Source of the DNA: Candidatus Methanophagales archaeon
GTDB taxonomy: Archaea > Halobacteriota > Syntropharchaeia > Alkanophagales > Methanospirareceae
Direction of reading: 5' to 3'
NCBI GenBank assembly: GCA_030612835.1
Contig: JAUWND010000001.1
Coordinates: 1 to 52,145 of the forward strand
Length of the DNA: 52,145 nucleotides
A program made the position numbers and the translations under genes. Shown in pieces: positions 39,464-49,238 of the stretch (its first letter is position 1; each line of letters starts with the position of its first letter). The notes beneath the pieces were generated by a model, which ran no database searches, was not told the origin of the DNA, and saw only the letters and a list, made by a program, of their open reading frames with translations.

Positions 39464-41569
39464 ATGACTCACCATGTTAGACGGGCGATACTGCCTTTTA
39501 CTGCAATTGTAGGGCAAGATACGATGAAGAATGCGCTTATTTTGAATGCCATTAACCCCCGTATAGGCGGAGTACTTATCAGAGGCGAGAAAGGAACTGC
39601 GAAATCCACCGCTGTTCGTGCTCTCGCAGAACTGTTACCAAAAATCGAAATGGTTAATGGCTGTACGTTCAATTGCAATCCTTCTGATACGCGTGAGAGG
39701 GGCGACGTCTGCTATGCCAAAAGAACGAACGGAGAAGATCTAAAAGTGACGAAGCGAAGGATGTGGGTCGTAGACCTCCCTCTCGGTGCTACAGAAGACC
39801 GGGTCGTTGGCTCAATAGATGTGGAAAAGGCGATAAAAGGCGGGATAAAGGCGCTGGAGCCCGGTATATTGGCTGCTGCAAATAGGGGTATTCTTTATAT
39901 TGACGAGGTAAATCTTTTAGATGATCACGTTGCCGATGTCATTCTGGATTCGGCTGCGATGTCAATAAACGTGGTTGAGCGAGAGGGTGTCTCTATCTCT
40001 CACCCCTCTAAGTTCATTCTGGTAGGTACAATGAACCCGGAGGAAGGCGAGCTTAGACCACAATTATTAGATCGTTTTGGGCTGCAAGCAAGTGTAGCGA
40101 GTATAGATGATGCCGATATGCGGGTAGAAATAGTGAAACAGGTGGAAAGTTTTGAAAGAGACCCGGAAGAGTTCAAGGAACGATTCGAGGGGAAGCAAAA
40201 AGAGTTACGTGATAAAATAGCGCATGCGAAACAGATAGTTAATGAGGTTGCAATTAGCGATGATTTACTGAAATTAACCGCAGAAACATGCATTAAACTC
40301 GGTGTAAGAACACATAGGGCTGAAATCGTTATAACAAGAGCGGCAAAAACTATTGCTGCTTTCGATAGCCGGAAAAAAGTTACCTTCGAGGATATAAAAG
40401 AGGCAATGGAATTAGCTCTTCCACATAGAATGCGTAGAAAACCCTTTGAATCTCCTAGTTTGGATAACAAGAAACTCGATGAGATGATGCAGGACACAAA
40501 GAAAGAGCATGAAGAGGAGATGAAGGAGAATACGCAACAGCAACAGAAACAGAAACAGAAACAGCAAAAGAAAGAGAAGGAAGAGCAAAAACAGCAGCAT
40601 GAACATGAGCAACCCGATAAGAATCCAGAAGGTCAAGATGACAAGGACGATGTAAGCGAATCACAAAACGAATCAGTTTTCAATATTGGCGACCCGATTG
40701 ATACAAGGGCAGTGCGGCAAAAGCAGAAGAAAGACAAGACATATCGCAGGAAGACTTCTGGGAGAAGGATCCCTACGCTCTCGCTTCGCAATAACGGGAA
40801 GTACATACGGCACGGTATCCCAAAGGGTAAAATAACGGATGTTGCGCTCGATGCGACGATACGAGCTGCGGCAGTATATCAGAAAGAGAGAGTGGTTGAT
40901 TCCGATTTAGCAGTAGTAATAAAAAGTCAGGATATTCGTGAGAAGATTCGGGTAGGAAAAATATCAACAGCAACGATGTTTGTTGTGGACGCATCAGGTT
41001 CAATGGGTGCGAATAGAAGAATGGAGAGCGCAAAAGGTGCTGTCCTTTCATTATTACTGGATTCGTATCAACAAAGAGATAAGGTCGGTATGGTCGCGTT
41101 TAAAGGTGACCAGGCAGATGTTTTGCTGCCTCTCTGTTCAAGCAGTGATTTGGCAGTTGAGAGGTTAAAGGAACTCCCGACAGGAGGGAGAACACCCTTG
41201 GCTGCCGGTTTGGAACAGGGCTTAAATCTCCTGATGGCGGAAAAGCATCGTGATGAAGAAGCGATACCAATTCTGCTGTTAATATCCGATGGTCGTGCAA
41301 ATGTGTCCGCAGGAGGGAGCAAAGAGCTAGAGAAGGAGCTGTTAGCGCTCGCAGAACAAGCACGAGCTAAAGGTATATATGTGATTGTCATTGATACAGA
41401 AATAGTCAGCGACTCGTTTATTCAGATGCAGCTTGGATATTGCAGAGCGATAGCAAGCTATTCCGGAGGTAAATATTACCCGATTGCGGATTTGACCTCG
41501 GGGGCAGTGCGGGATATTGTTATCCGTGAGCGAAACATGTTAAACGATCTGCAGACGGTTGTGGGCTGA
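39464..41569 (+). CDS. ChlI/ChlD-type chelatase subunit (AAA+, acidic linker, VWA)
   Basis: [65 protein letters not shown]. Confidence 0.93.
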   Translation: MTHHVRRAILPFTAIVGQDTMKNALILNAINPRIGGVLIRGEKGTAKSTAVRALAELLPKIEMVNGCTFNCNPSDTRERGDVCYAKRTNGEDLKVTKRRMWVVDLPLGATEDRVVGSIDVEKAIKGGIKALEPGILAAANRGILYIDEVNLLDDHVADVILDSAAMSINVVEREGVSISHPSKFILVGTMNPEEGELRPQLLDRFGLQASVASIDDADMRVEIVKQVESFERDPEEFKERFEGKQKELRDKIAHAKQIVNEVAISDDLLKLTAETCIKLGVRTHRAEIVITRAAKTIAAFDSRKKVTFEDIKEAMELALPHRMRRKPFESPSLDNKKLDEMMQDTKKEHEEEMKENTQQQQKQKQKQQKKEKEEQKQQHEHEQPDKNPEGQDDKDDVSESQNESVFNIGDPIDTRAVRQKQKKDKTYRRKTSGRRIPTLSLRNNGKYIRHGIPKGKITDVALDATIRAAAVYQKERVVDSDLAVVIKSQDIREKIRVGKISTATMFVVDASGSMGANRRMESAKGAVLSLLLDSYQQRDKVGMVAFKGDQADVLLPLCSSSDLAVERLKELPTGGRTPLAAGLEQGLNLLMAEKHRDEEAIPILLLISDGRANVSAGGSKELEKELLALAEQARAKGIYVIVIDTEIVSDSFIQMQLGYCRAIASYSGGKYYPIADLTSGAVRDIVIRERNMLNDLQTVVG

Positions 41570-41606
41570 AAATGATGTGAAGGAGGTTATCTTATGGAGG
41601 AAGAGA

Positions 41607-41766
41607 CAAGAAAATAAATTATTTTTTGGACACAGATTAACACTAAAACTTTTTAGAAAAAAAAGTTTTATCAAAAGCCAATTTCTTTGGTAAAGCTTTC
41701 TTTTTTAAAGAAAGGTTTGTGTAAATCTGCGTCCTAAATAGGTAGAAGTCATACTTTATATACAAT
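41607..41766 (+). repeat. Intergenic module shared with 50539-50696, ending in a TATA box
   Basis: Blocks CAAGAAAATAAATTATT, GACACAGATTAAC, GTGTAAATCTGCGTCCTAAAT and TAGGTAGAAGTYATACTTTATATACAAT in the same order at both loci. Confidence 0.85.
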
Positions 41767-41782
41767 GGAAAAACGAGGAAAG

Positions 41783-42373
41783 ATGAGATGTAAGATCCTG
41801 ACGTTATTGCTGTTCTTAGCAACTGCTGCTTTTCTTGCGGGCACGGTTACGGCGGTTCCAGGCACAGATGGAGTGACAAGGTCTGCGCCTGCTGATCCCG
41901 TTCCGGGTGCTGAATTCGATGTAAAGCTAACGATTAGTGGTGAACGTCCTCTGGTGGTTGGTATTGTGGAGACGATTCCAGAAGGCTTCGATTTTGTAAG
42001 TACATCTCATACCCCTGACCAGTACGATGTTTCCGGACAAAAAATTGTTTTCGCTGTGATAAACGAGACGGAGATACTATACAGGGTTAAGGCGTCTTCT
42101 TCGGGTTTGGACACATTTACCGGGACTTGGATTGATATGCTAAGCCAGAAGGAAGGAAGCATCGCAGGTACAGGTGGGATAGAAGAAGGCTCTACGCCAA
42201 CACCTACGCCTACGCCTACGCCAGCAACAACGCCAACACCAGAGGTGCCGGGCTTCGAGACTTTTTTCACCGCGCTAACGCTAGTAATTGCGGGTCTCTT
42301 TGTAGTTCTGTTGAGGAATAAAGAAGAGGGAGGTCGTGTAGAACGAGGAACGTATTATCTTATATATTGGTAA
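41783..42373 (+). CDS. Secreted PGF-CTERM protein
   Basis: Signal peptide, VETIPEGF domain, PT-rich linker, VPGF + TM + basic residues. Start 41783 or 41765. Confidence 0.82.
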   Translation: MRCKILTLLLFLATAAFLAGTVTAVPGTDGVTRSAPADPVPGAEFDVKLTISGERPLVVGIVETIPEGFDFVSTSHTPDQYDVSGQKIVFAVINETEILYRVKASSSGLDTFTGTWIDMLSQKEGSIAGTGGIEEGSTPTPTPTPTPATTPTPEVPGFETFFTALTLVIAGLFVVLLRNKEEGGRVERGTYYLIYW

Positions 42374-43554
42374 TGGTGCTTATAGGATCTACGGTGCCGC
42401 TGACGGTTATGCCCGCAATTGCAACTGGGATACCCGGAGATGATGATGGAAATGACAACATAACAGAGAAAGAACTTGCGGGTAACATCCTTACCTATAT
42501 GCTGGGAGAGGGCGATCTCAGCCTGGATGAGTTACGGGATGCCGCGCACGTCTATGCATACTGGAATGGTGTGCCGAGGACGATAGTTGATACTGCAGAG
42601 AGAACGGTGACGATATACAAGCCTGTAAAGAAGATTGTCGTCCTTAGTTCTGATGGTGCTCGAGCGTTACGGATTTTGGGCGATGAAGATAAAGTTGTAG
42701 GAATTAGCGAAACTATCAAAAGGCATCCTTATTACTTCCCCGAGATGTCGCAGAAAAAAAGCGTTGGAACGTGGAAAGAAGTAGATTGGGAAGAAATTGT
42801 ATCCTTGGAGCCAGACTTACTAATAACCTACGCTACGGGTTCAATTAATGCGGATTTAGCGGCAGAGAAGCTTGATCCGTTTGGCATAACCGTAGTGGGC
42901 TTGTATTTTTATGTGACAGACGAATATGAACAGATATTTGACGAACTTGAGAAGCTTGCAATACTACTGGAGAAAGAAGAGGCGGCAGAGAAGTATCTCA
43001 AATGGCATGACGAGTATGAAGCACGTGTTCACGACTTTATTGCGGGCAAAGAAAAGCCAAACGTCTTTATGACCTATACCGGTGGTTCAATAGGAAAGAT
43101 TATGGAGATTGCAAGCTATGGTCCCGGAGCAATCGACTACACGTTATGTGAAAAGGCTGGAGGTAGACCCATTACTGAGGACTTTAGCACTAAATATCCT
43201 AAAGTAAGTGCTGAATGGGTTTTGACTGAGAACCCTGATATAATCATACTGAAGAGTGGTGATGTTTTTGGAGGCTGGGATAACGAAACCGAGCCCGCGG
43301 ACCTCATAGCCCAAATGATGGTAGGGAAAAATTGGGATGATATAAATGCAACCGAGAATAACAAAATATATGCTGTGCCCTGGTCTATTACAAACGGATT
43401 GGAGCACATCTATGGTGAGGTTCTCTTAGCGAAGATTTGCCAGCCGGAACTTGATATAGACCCAACAGAGGTCTATAAGGAGTTCCTTGAAGACTTCTTG
43501 AGAGTTGAGTATCCCGAAGGAAAGGTACTTGTGTACCCGCTTCTGGCAACTTAA
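42367..43554 (+). CDS. Iron/cobalamin-type ABC substrate-binding protein with N-terminal dockerin-like segment
   Basis: GIPGDDDGNDNIT, IVDTAERTVTIYKPVKKIV, EEIVSLEPDL, EWVLTENPDII; start uncertain. Confidence 0.85.
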   Translation: MVMVLIGSTVPLTVMPAIATGIPGDDDGNDNITEKELAGNILTYMLGEGDLSLDELRDAAHVYAYWNGVPRTIVDTAERTVTIYKPVKKIVVLSSDGARALRILGDEDKVVGISETIKRHPYYFPEMSQKKSVGTWKEVDWEEIVSLEPDLLITYATGSINADLAAEKLDPFGITVVGLYFYVTDEYEQIFDELEKLAILLEKEEAAEKYLKWHDEYEARVHDFIAGKEKPNVFMTYTGGSIGKIMEIASYGPGAIDYTLCEKAGGRPITEDFSTKYPKVSAEWVLTENPDIIILKSGDVFGGWDNETEPADLIAQMMVGKNWDDINATENNKIYAVPWSITNGLEHIYGEVLLAKICQPELDIDPTEVYKEFLEDFLRVEYPEGKVLVYPLLAT

Positions 43555-43616
43555 GCCAAACATAGCATCAAGACAATACCAGATACATACAAAGAAAGAG
43601 AGCGAAAAAATAATAC

Positions 43617-44747
43617 ATGCCAGAACTAAAAATAAATGGGAGAGAAAAGAGCGCGGAAATAAAAGCAGAATATAAAAAATTCATAGGACGGAAGATCCTG
43701 TTTATTTCCTCTACCTTTATATTGATTATTTTTATTGCAGGCATAGCGGCAACGCTTGGCCCTTATCAGATCTCGGTCATAGAAGTGTATTCAATAGTCT
43801 GGCATGGCATTCCAAAGATTCTACAAAATCTCGATTTTATCCTCTCTCACAGTTTTAAAGATTTTTCACTTACATATTTTACAAAAGAGGAGAGTATTAT
43901 TTGGTTCTTACGATTGCCACCAATTGTGATGGCGATTTTAGCAGGCGTAGGGCTTGGAATTGCCGGTACAACAATGCAAGGGGTGGTAAGAAATCCATTA
44001 GCAAGTCCTTACACTTTAGGGATAGCTTCTGCGGCGGGATTTGGTGCTGCCCTTGCCATCATTTTAGGTGCTGGCTTTGCCACAGGACAGAATATTATAA
44101 TAGCAGCCAACGCATTTTTTTTCGCTTTGTGCTCTTCTTTTATCATCTATGGCATATCGCGTTACAAAGGCGTGTCACCGGAGACGATGATTCTAGCAGG
44201 TATCGCATTGATGTATTTATTCTCTGCAATGACCGGCGTTTTACAATTTTTTGGAGAGGAAAAGGCGGTGGTTGGGGTTGTATACTGGATGTTTGGAAGT
44301 CTTGCAGGAGCAACATGGGATAAGCTGTTCGTTATGTTTATTGTCCTTATCATCTGTATTCCGCTAATCATGCTAAAATCGTGGGATTTGAACACACTGA
44401 GTACAGGAGATGAGCGTGCAAAAAGCCTCGGTGTTAACGTTAATCGGACAAGGGTTGTCTGTTTCATGCTCGCATCTTTAGTGACCGCAGGCGTTATTTG
44501 CTTCACGGGTACCATTGGATTCATAGGATTGGTTGCCCCCCACATGTGTCGCATGATTATCGGAGGAGATAACAGGTATTTAATTCCAGCTTCCGGGCTT
44601 TTCGGTGCTGTTGTTTTGCTTAGCGCCAGTATTCTTGCAAGACCTCCTATAGCACCCTCATTCATACCGGTAGGATTAGTCACTGCCTTCTTAGGTGTTC
44701 CCATGTTCCTTTACTTGATACTAAGAAAAAGAAAGGGGTATTGGTAA
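43617..44747 (+). CDS. FecCD/BtuC-family ABC permease
   Basis: RNPLASPYTLGIASAA, GDERAKSLGV, GTIGFIGLVAPH. Confidence 0.94.
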   Translation: MPELKINGREKSAEIKAEYKKFIGRKILFISSTFILIIFIAGIAATLGPYQISVIEVYSIVWHGIPKILQNLDFILSHSFKDFSLTYFTKEESIIWFLRLPPIVMAILAGVGLGIAGTTMQGVVRNPLASPYTLGIASAAGFGAALAIILGAGFATGQNIIIAANAFFFALCSSFIIYGISRYKGVSPETMILAGIALMYLFSAMTGVLQFFGEEKAVVGVVYWMFGSLAGATWDKLFVMFIVLIICIPLIMLKSWDLNTLSTGDERAKSLGVNVNRTRVVCFMLASLVTAGVICFTGTIGFIGLVAPHMCRMIIGGDNRYLIPASGLFGAVVLLSASILARPPIAPSFIPVGLVTAFLGVPMFLYLILRKRKGYW

Positions 44748-44751
44748 TACA

Positions 44752-45531
44752 ATGGTGAAACTAAAAGTAAAAAATGTGAAGTTCCGCTACACAAGTGTGC
44801 CGATACTCAAGGATGTCTGTATAGAGCTTGACGAATCGGAGATGTTAGGTGTGGTGGGTCCGAATGGATCAGGGAAATCCACTCTGCTGCGATGTATAGA
44901 TAGAATCTTGAGCCCACAGGAGGGATGTATTTTACTTGATGGACAGGATATAAAAAAGATGCACCTGATAGATCTCGCCAAAAAAATGGCCTATATTCCT
45001 CAGAGTACTACGCAGGTATTCCCTGCCACAGTCTTCGATACGGTTCTCATGGGCAGACGACCCCATATCGGCTGGCGAAGTAGCGAAGAAGACATTGAAA
45101 AGGTTTTAGAAACTCTGAAACTGCTTAACCTCGAAGATCTTGCCATGAGTGACATTAAATCGCTTAGCGGCGGTCAACAGCAGAAAATTTTTATCGCGTG
45201 CGCACTCGCGCAAGAGCCTGATGTCCTTTTGCTCGATGAACCTACCTCTAACCTCGACATCAGACATCAACTGGAAGTGCTGGACATCATAAAAAGTATC
45301 GTGGTAGAAAAAGGGATTTCGGCAATTATGGCTATCCACGACCTCAATCTTGCTGCAAGATACACGGACCGGGTAATAATGATGAATGGCGGCCATATTT
45401 ATGCCGCTGGTGTGCCTTCTGCCGTCTTCACGCCCGAAAACATAAATCATGCCTATGGTGTTGAGGTGGAAGTGATCAATCACAATGGAAGACTTTATGT
45501 CCTGCCGATAAGACCCGTTGGTAAAATGTGA
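44752..45531 (+). CDS. FepC/BtuD-family ABC ATP-binding protein
   Basis: GPNGSGKST, LSGGQQQ, LLDEPTSNLD, HDLNLA. Confidence 0.94.
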   Translation: MVKLKVKNVKFRYTSVPILKDVCIELDESEMLGVVGPNGSGKSTLLRCIDRILSPQEGCILLDGQDIKKMHLIDLAKKMAYIPQSTTQVFPATVFDTVLMGRRPHIGWRSSEEDIEKVLETLKLLNLEDLAMSDIKSLSGGQQQKIFIACALAQEPDVLLLDEPTSNLDIRHQLEVLDIIKSIVVEKGISAIMAIHDLNLAARYTDRVIMMNGGHIYAAGVPSAVFTPENINHAYGVEVEVINHNGRLYVLPIRPVGKM

Positions 45532-45591
45532 AACGATAACAAGACCATACGTTAGGGAACTCACAAATAATACTTTACCAGAACTGTATCT

Positions 45592-46748
45592 ACCTAAATT
45601 TCAGAGTATAAATAATCATTTATTTTTCATGGACACAATTCCTACAAACGGGACCATCTAAGTGATTGTTATTGACATGTAGTCAATAACAAAATTTTCA
45701 AATAAATTCTATTAGCAACATCTATCGGCCATTATACATCCCCAATCTCTTGTGAAAAAGTACAAAAGCATCAAAGCTTTTTATAGTGTAGTCACTAACT
45801 AAGTGATATGCAACTGAAGGCGGTAAAGGTGAAAGGGCGGGTATATTATTCCATCGTCGAGAGCGTGAGAATAAACGGCAAACCGCGTCATAGATATGTA
45901 AAATACATATGAAGCCGAGATAAACTGATATAAAGCCTGTTACAGGGTGATGAATTGGCAATAAAGGTGGCGGAAATACCTGAAGTTCTGGATTATGTAG
46001 ACGTTGTAGCTCTTTACAAGGCTTGTGAAGTTCTTGAACTCAGGCAGATAATAAATCGGCATGTTTTTAAGGGCGGTGGTGTAGATGTTGGCATACAGGC
46101 TACGAAGTTGAATGCCGAGAACCTGTGCACCGCACTTAACTATTTTTATCCCGATGGGAAAGATAAAGCGGTAGAAATTGAAAAAGAAATCGTTGGGAAG
46201 CTGAAAGAACTCTTTGGGATCAAAATGGATTGTTTGTTTTATGATATCACTTCAACCTACTTTGAGGGAAATGAAACAGATATAACGACCGTTGAAAGAA
46301 CAATATCCCGACTAAAAAAGGAGTTTTCCATCACTGATTGCTTGCTCATATTTGACAGAGGCATGGTGTCAGAAGATAATATAATTAAGCATGTACCGTG
46401 CTAAATTGGCAAGGGGAAATTACAGAGAGATGGACAAAGTTGTTTCAAAGTTAAACAGCCGATTGGACTCAGACAGATAAGGCATTGGCTGGATGGAAGG
46501 GTTAAAGCGCACATATTTATGTGCTATCTTTCATATCTATTGATGAAAACACTTGAACACATGCTCAAAAAGGCTGGATTGACGATGAACGCTGTGAATG
46601 CGCTGAGACAACTGAGTAAGGTGAAGTATGTTGTAGTCACTAATCCCAAAGGAGACATCACAACGTCGAAAATATCCATCCCATCAACTGAACAAAGGCA
46701 AATTATGGATGTGCTGGAGGTGGAGTATATAAAGTCTGAAATTTAGGT
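45592..46748 (+). mobile_element. IS1634-family insertion sequence remnant
   Basis: 14-bp perfect TIR ACCTAAATTTCAGA/TCTGAAATTTAGGT; broken transposase MQLK...VESVRINGKPRHR, FYDITSTYFEG, IFDRGMVS, RVKAHIFMCYLSY. Confidence 0.88.
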
Positions 46749-46832
46749 TCTTTAGGAAAGAAAGCTTTACCAAAGAAACTGGTTTTTGCTTTTTACAATT
46801 TGCATCTTGCAATTACATTATATTATATTATA

Positions 46833-48941
46833 TTATGTCACCGTAGTTTGCAGCAATACATCGCCTGTTTGCGTGTAGACTATTTCAATGGAATCGCCAG
46901 TATTAAGCGAAAGACGCGAGATCTCCAATTCGTCTCCCATTGCAAACTGCGTATACCTGTTAGGCCCAGGATTCCAGTTAGCATCGCCATTTAATCGTGA
47001 TTTATCAGATAAGGCACATAGCTCCCCATTCTGCCTCACCTCTAAGTAGTTCCAGTCACCAGCAGATTGGCCTCGCCCACCGCCGGTCTCCGGATTACCA
47101 AAAGCATCTGCGATGGTATCGCCGCCGTGGTGGCTGATTCTTAGCGTATCCGAGTTCGCATTAGCACCATTAATAATTAAAACCGAACTTGGCGCCTTTT
47201 GCACACTAACGGCGATGCGATAGGCTAACGTTGCAAGTGCCGCGACAATTAAAACCATAGCAGCAATCAACCCGAAAACACCGATTTCGCGTAGTATATA
47301 GGGGCCTGCTATCAGGACAACAATAGCTGAGAAAATAAGAATGCCAATAGCGTATGTAATTGCCTTTGAAATCATTTCTCGCTTTCTCTTATCCTTTATT
47401 CCTGGCCTTAATATGGAATTCAACATCTCGCGGAATACATAGCCACCATCAAAGGGCACCATAGGCAGACAGTTAAACAGACCAACGTAGAAGTTTATCC
47501 ACCCAATCCAAAATAAGACGTCGGCAATGGCAAAAATACTGCCACCTAAGAATGACGCTGCACCTACCGGCTCGTATAAATGAGATAGAAAAGGGCTAAA
47601 GGTGCTGAAACCATAAGGGAGTGGGCTAAAAGGCATGCCAGTCAACATTAACCAACCTCTTGGTGAAATAAGGGTGCGAGGTGTGCTCCGTAGGTGTTCT
47701 AAGTACCCTTTCGCCGGAAATTCCGCTACACTCATGCCCAAGCGATTATTTGCAACGACAACCCCTAAAAACCCGAATTCGTAATAGGGTGACTTTTCTA
47801 ACTCCACGGAGAATGTCGTAGCGTTTGTTCGCACTTCTATTACTTGACCCGGTACTGTGAGATTCATAAAGTTCTGGAAGTCGTCATACCCATGTATACT
47901 CATATTGTTCATCTTTATTATGCTCATGCCACTTTTTATGCCTGCGTTAGCCGCTGGAAAACCATCTACAACATCTGAAATCCATACCCCTTCTCTTTCA
48001 TGAGCGCCTTCCAATATTATTTCTCTTTCTGCTCCACTTTCATCTAACACTGTTAATATCATCCCGCCAGCCGCTTTTTCCTCTGTCCCATTATTATACG
48101 CCGCTATCGTTCTCGTCGTGGTCCCGTCAACCTTTGTAATCAACATCTCCGGTTTGATCCCTGCTTTATCTGCGGGGCTATCTTTCGCAACCGCATAAAC
48201 AAAAGGGGTATTATCCATAACTGGCTGAATAGAGAATAATATGGCGAGGAAGAGTAGAAAAGCAATGAGGGCCACGACGAAATTGCTCGTCACACCAGCG
48301 GAAAGAATGCGCGTTCTCTCACGAGCAGTGGCCACCCGTTTCTTCTCCTCTTTTACTGGCTTTAGCTTTTTATCATGTTCTAACTCGTTCTTTTTCTGCT
48401 CTTTCTTCTCCTTCTTGCCAAATAATTGCTCGCTGTCCAGCTCTGCGAATGCGCCTATTGGTATCACTGCGACTAAAAGCCCCATTGATTTTACTTTTAT
48501 TCCTTCTACGACACCCAATATCGCATGGGAAAGCTCGTGCACTACTAACGCAATAACAAAGCCTACCCAGGCGCATAGAGGTATAAACTCGTTTAACCCA
48601 GGTAAAAGGAGTACGTTCCGCGGCTCGTGTAACCTCGTTGGTGCGGGCTGCAATGTGAATGTTAGGTAAGCACCAAATGCCACGAGAACGAACATAAATA
48701 CCATGGATATAATCACGAAAATAGTGCCTATATTCGCATAACTACGCCAAAAGCCCTTTCTCAATTCACCTTCTGACAACCGCTCTAATAATCTCTTCCC
48801 TCTTGTCGTCCTTATCATTAGGAGGGGACCAGATGCAGAGATATTAAACCGCTCCAAAATGCCCCGTTTATCCAGAATCATAACAATAAACCAGTAAATT
48901 AGAAATATGTACAGCCCCAATGTCAGATAATACATGTCCAC
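46833..48941 (-). CDS. Site-2 protease (M50) with two PDZ domains and C-terminal archaeal pilin-like domain
   Basis: HELSH, SAGVTSN, SPADKAGI and FPAANAGI PDZ, FNCLPMVPFDGG; tail of hydrophobic helix then APSS...ISHHGGDTI. Confidence 0.9.
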   Translation of the reverse strand: MDMYYLTLGLYIFLIYWFIVMILDKRGILERFNISASGPLLMIRTTRGKRLLERLSEGELRKGFWRSYANIGTIFVIISMVFMFVLVAFGAYLTFTLQPAPTRLHEPRNVLLLPGLNEFIPLCAWVGFVIALVVHELSHAILGVVEGIKVKSMGLLVAVIPIGAFAELDSEQLFGKKEKKEQKKNELEHDKKLKPVKEEKKRVATARERTRILSAGVTSNFVVALIAFLLFLAILFSIQPVMDNTPFVYAVAKDSPADKAGIKPEMLITKVDGTTTRTIAAYNNGTEEKAAGGMILTVLDESGAEREIILEGAHEREGVWISDVVDGFPAANAGIKSGMSIIKMNNMSIHGYDDFQNFMNLTVPGQVIEVRTNATTFSVELEKSPYYEFGFLGVVVANNRLGMSVAEFPAKGYLEHLRSTPRTLISPRGWLMLTGMPFSPLPYGFSTFSPFLSHLYEPVGAASFLGGSIFAIADVLFWIGWINFYVGLFNCLPMVPFDGGYVFREMLNSILRPGIKDKRKREMISKAITYAIGILIFSAIVVLIAGPYILREIGVFGLIAAMVLIVAALATLAYRIAVSVQKAPSSVLIINGANANSDTLRISHHGGDTIADAFGNPETGGGRGQSAGDWNYLEVRQNGELCALSDKSRLNGDANWNPGPNRYTQFAMGDELEISRLSLNTGDSIEIVYTQTGDVLLQTTVT

Positions 48942-49067
48942 TTTTTTTCACACCAACCTAATTTAAACGTTACTAATATAATTTTTCTTTTGGTAAACCT
49001 TTTCTTTCAGAAAGGCCATATTTTTTCTTTGGTAAAGCTTTCTTTGTATTTGTATAGCTAATCAAAA

Positions 49068-49192
49068 AACCACGAGATTTCACAAGATTAACACAAGATT
49101 TTTGGGTTAATAATGAATGGAATAGCCAATAGAGCACTAAAATCTGATTGCAATCATTGTTTTCTCGTGAAAATCTGTGTAATCTTGTGGTT
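49068..49192. repeat. Palindromic element with ~10-nt periodic arms
   Basis: AACCACGAGATTTCACAAGATTAACACAAGATT...TCTCGTGAAAATCTGTGTAATCTTGTGGTT; relatives at 16604-16667 and 37995-38024. Confidence 0.8.
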
Positions 49193-49238
49193 AGCTAAAC
49201 ATATACCTTTCTTTTATTTTATAAAGAAAGGTTTGTTT

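Noticed and set aside
40480..40660. Q/K/E-rich low-complexity tract
   Set aside because: Ordinary linker between AAA+ and VWA domains of ChlD-type proteins.
42190..42240. ACGCCT tandem repeat
   Set aside because: Encodes the usual Pro/Thr linker before PGF-CTERM.
49113..49238. 42-aa N-terminal extension of TiaS
   Set aside because: Runs through a palindromic repeat; the family starts at MIVGIDDTD.
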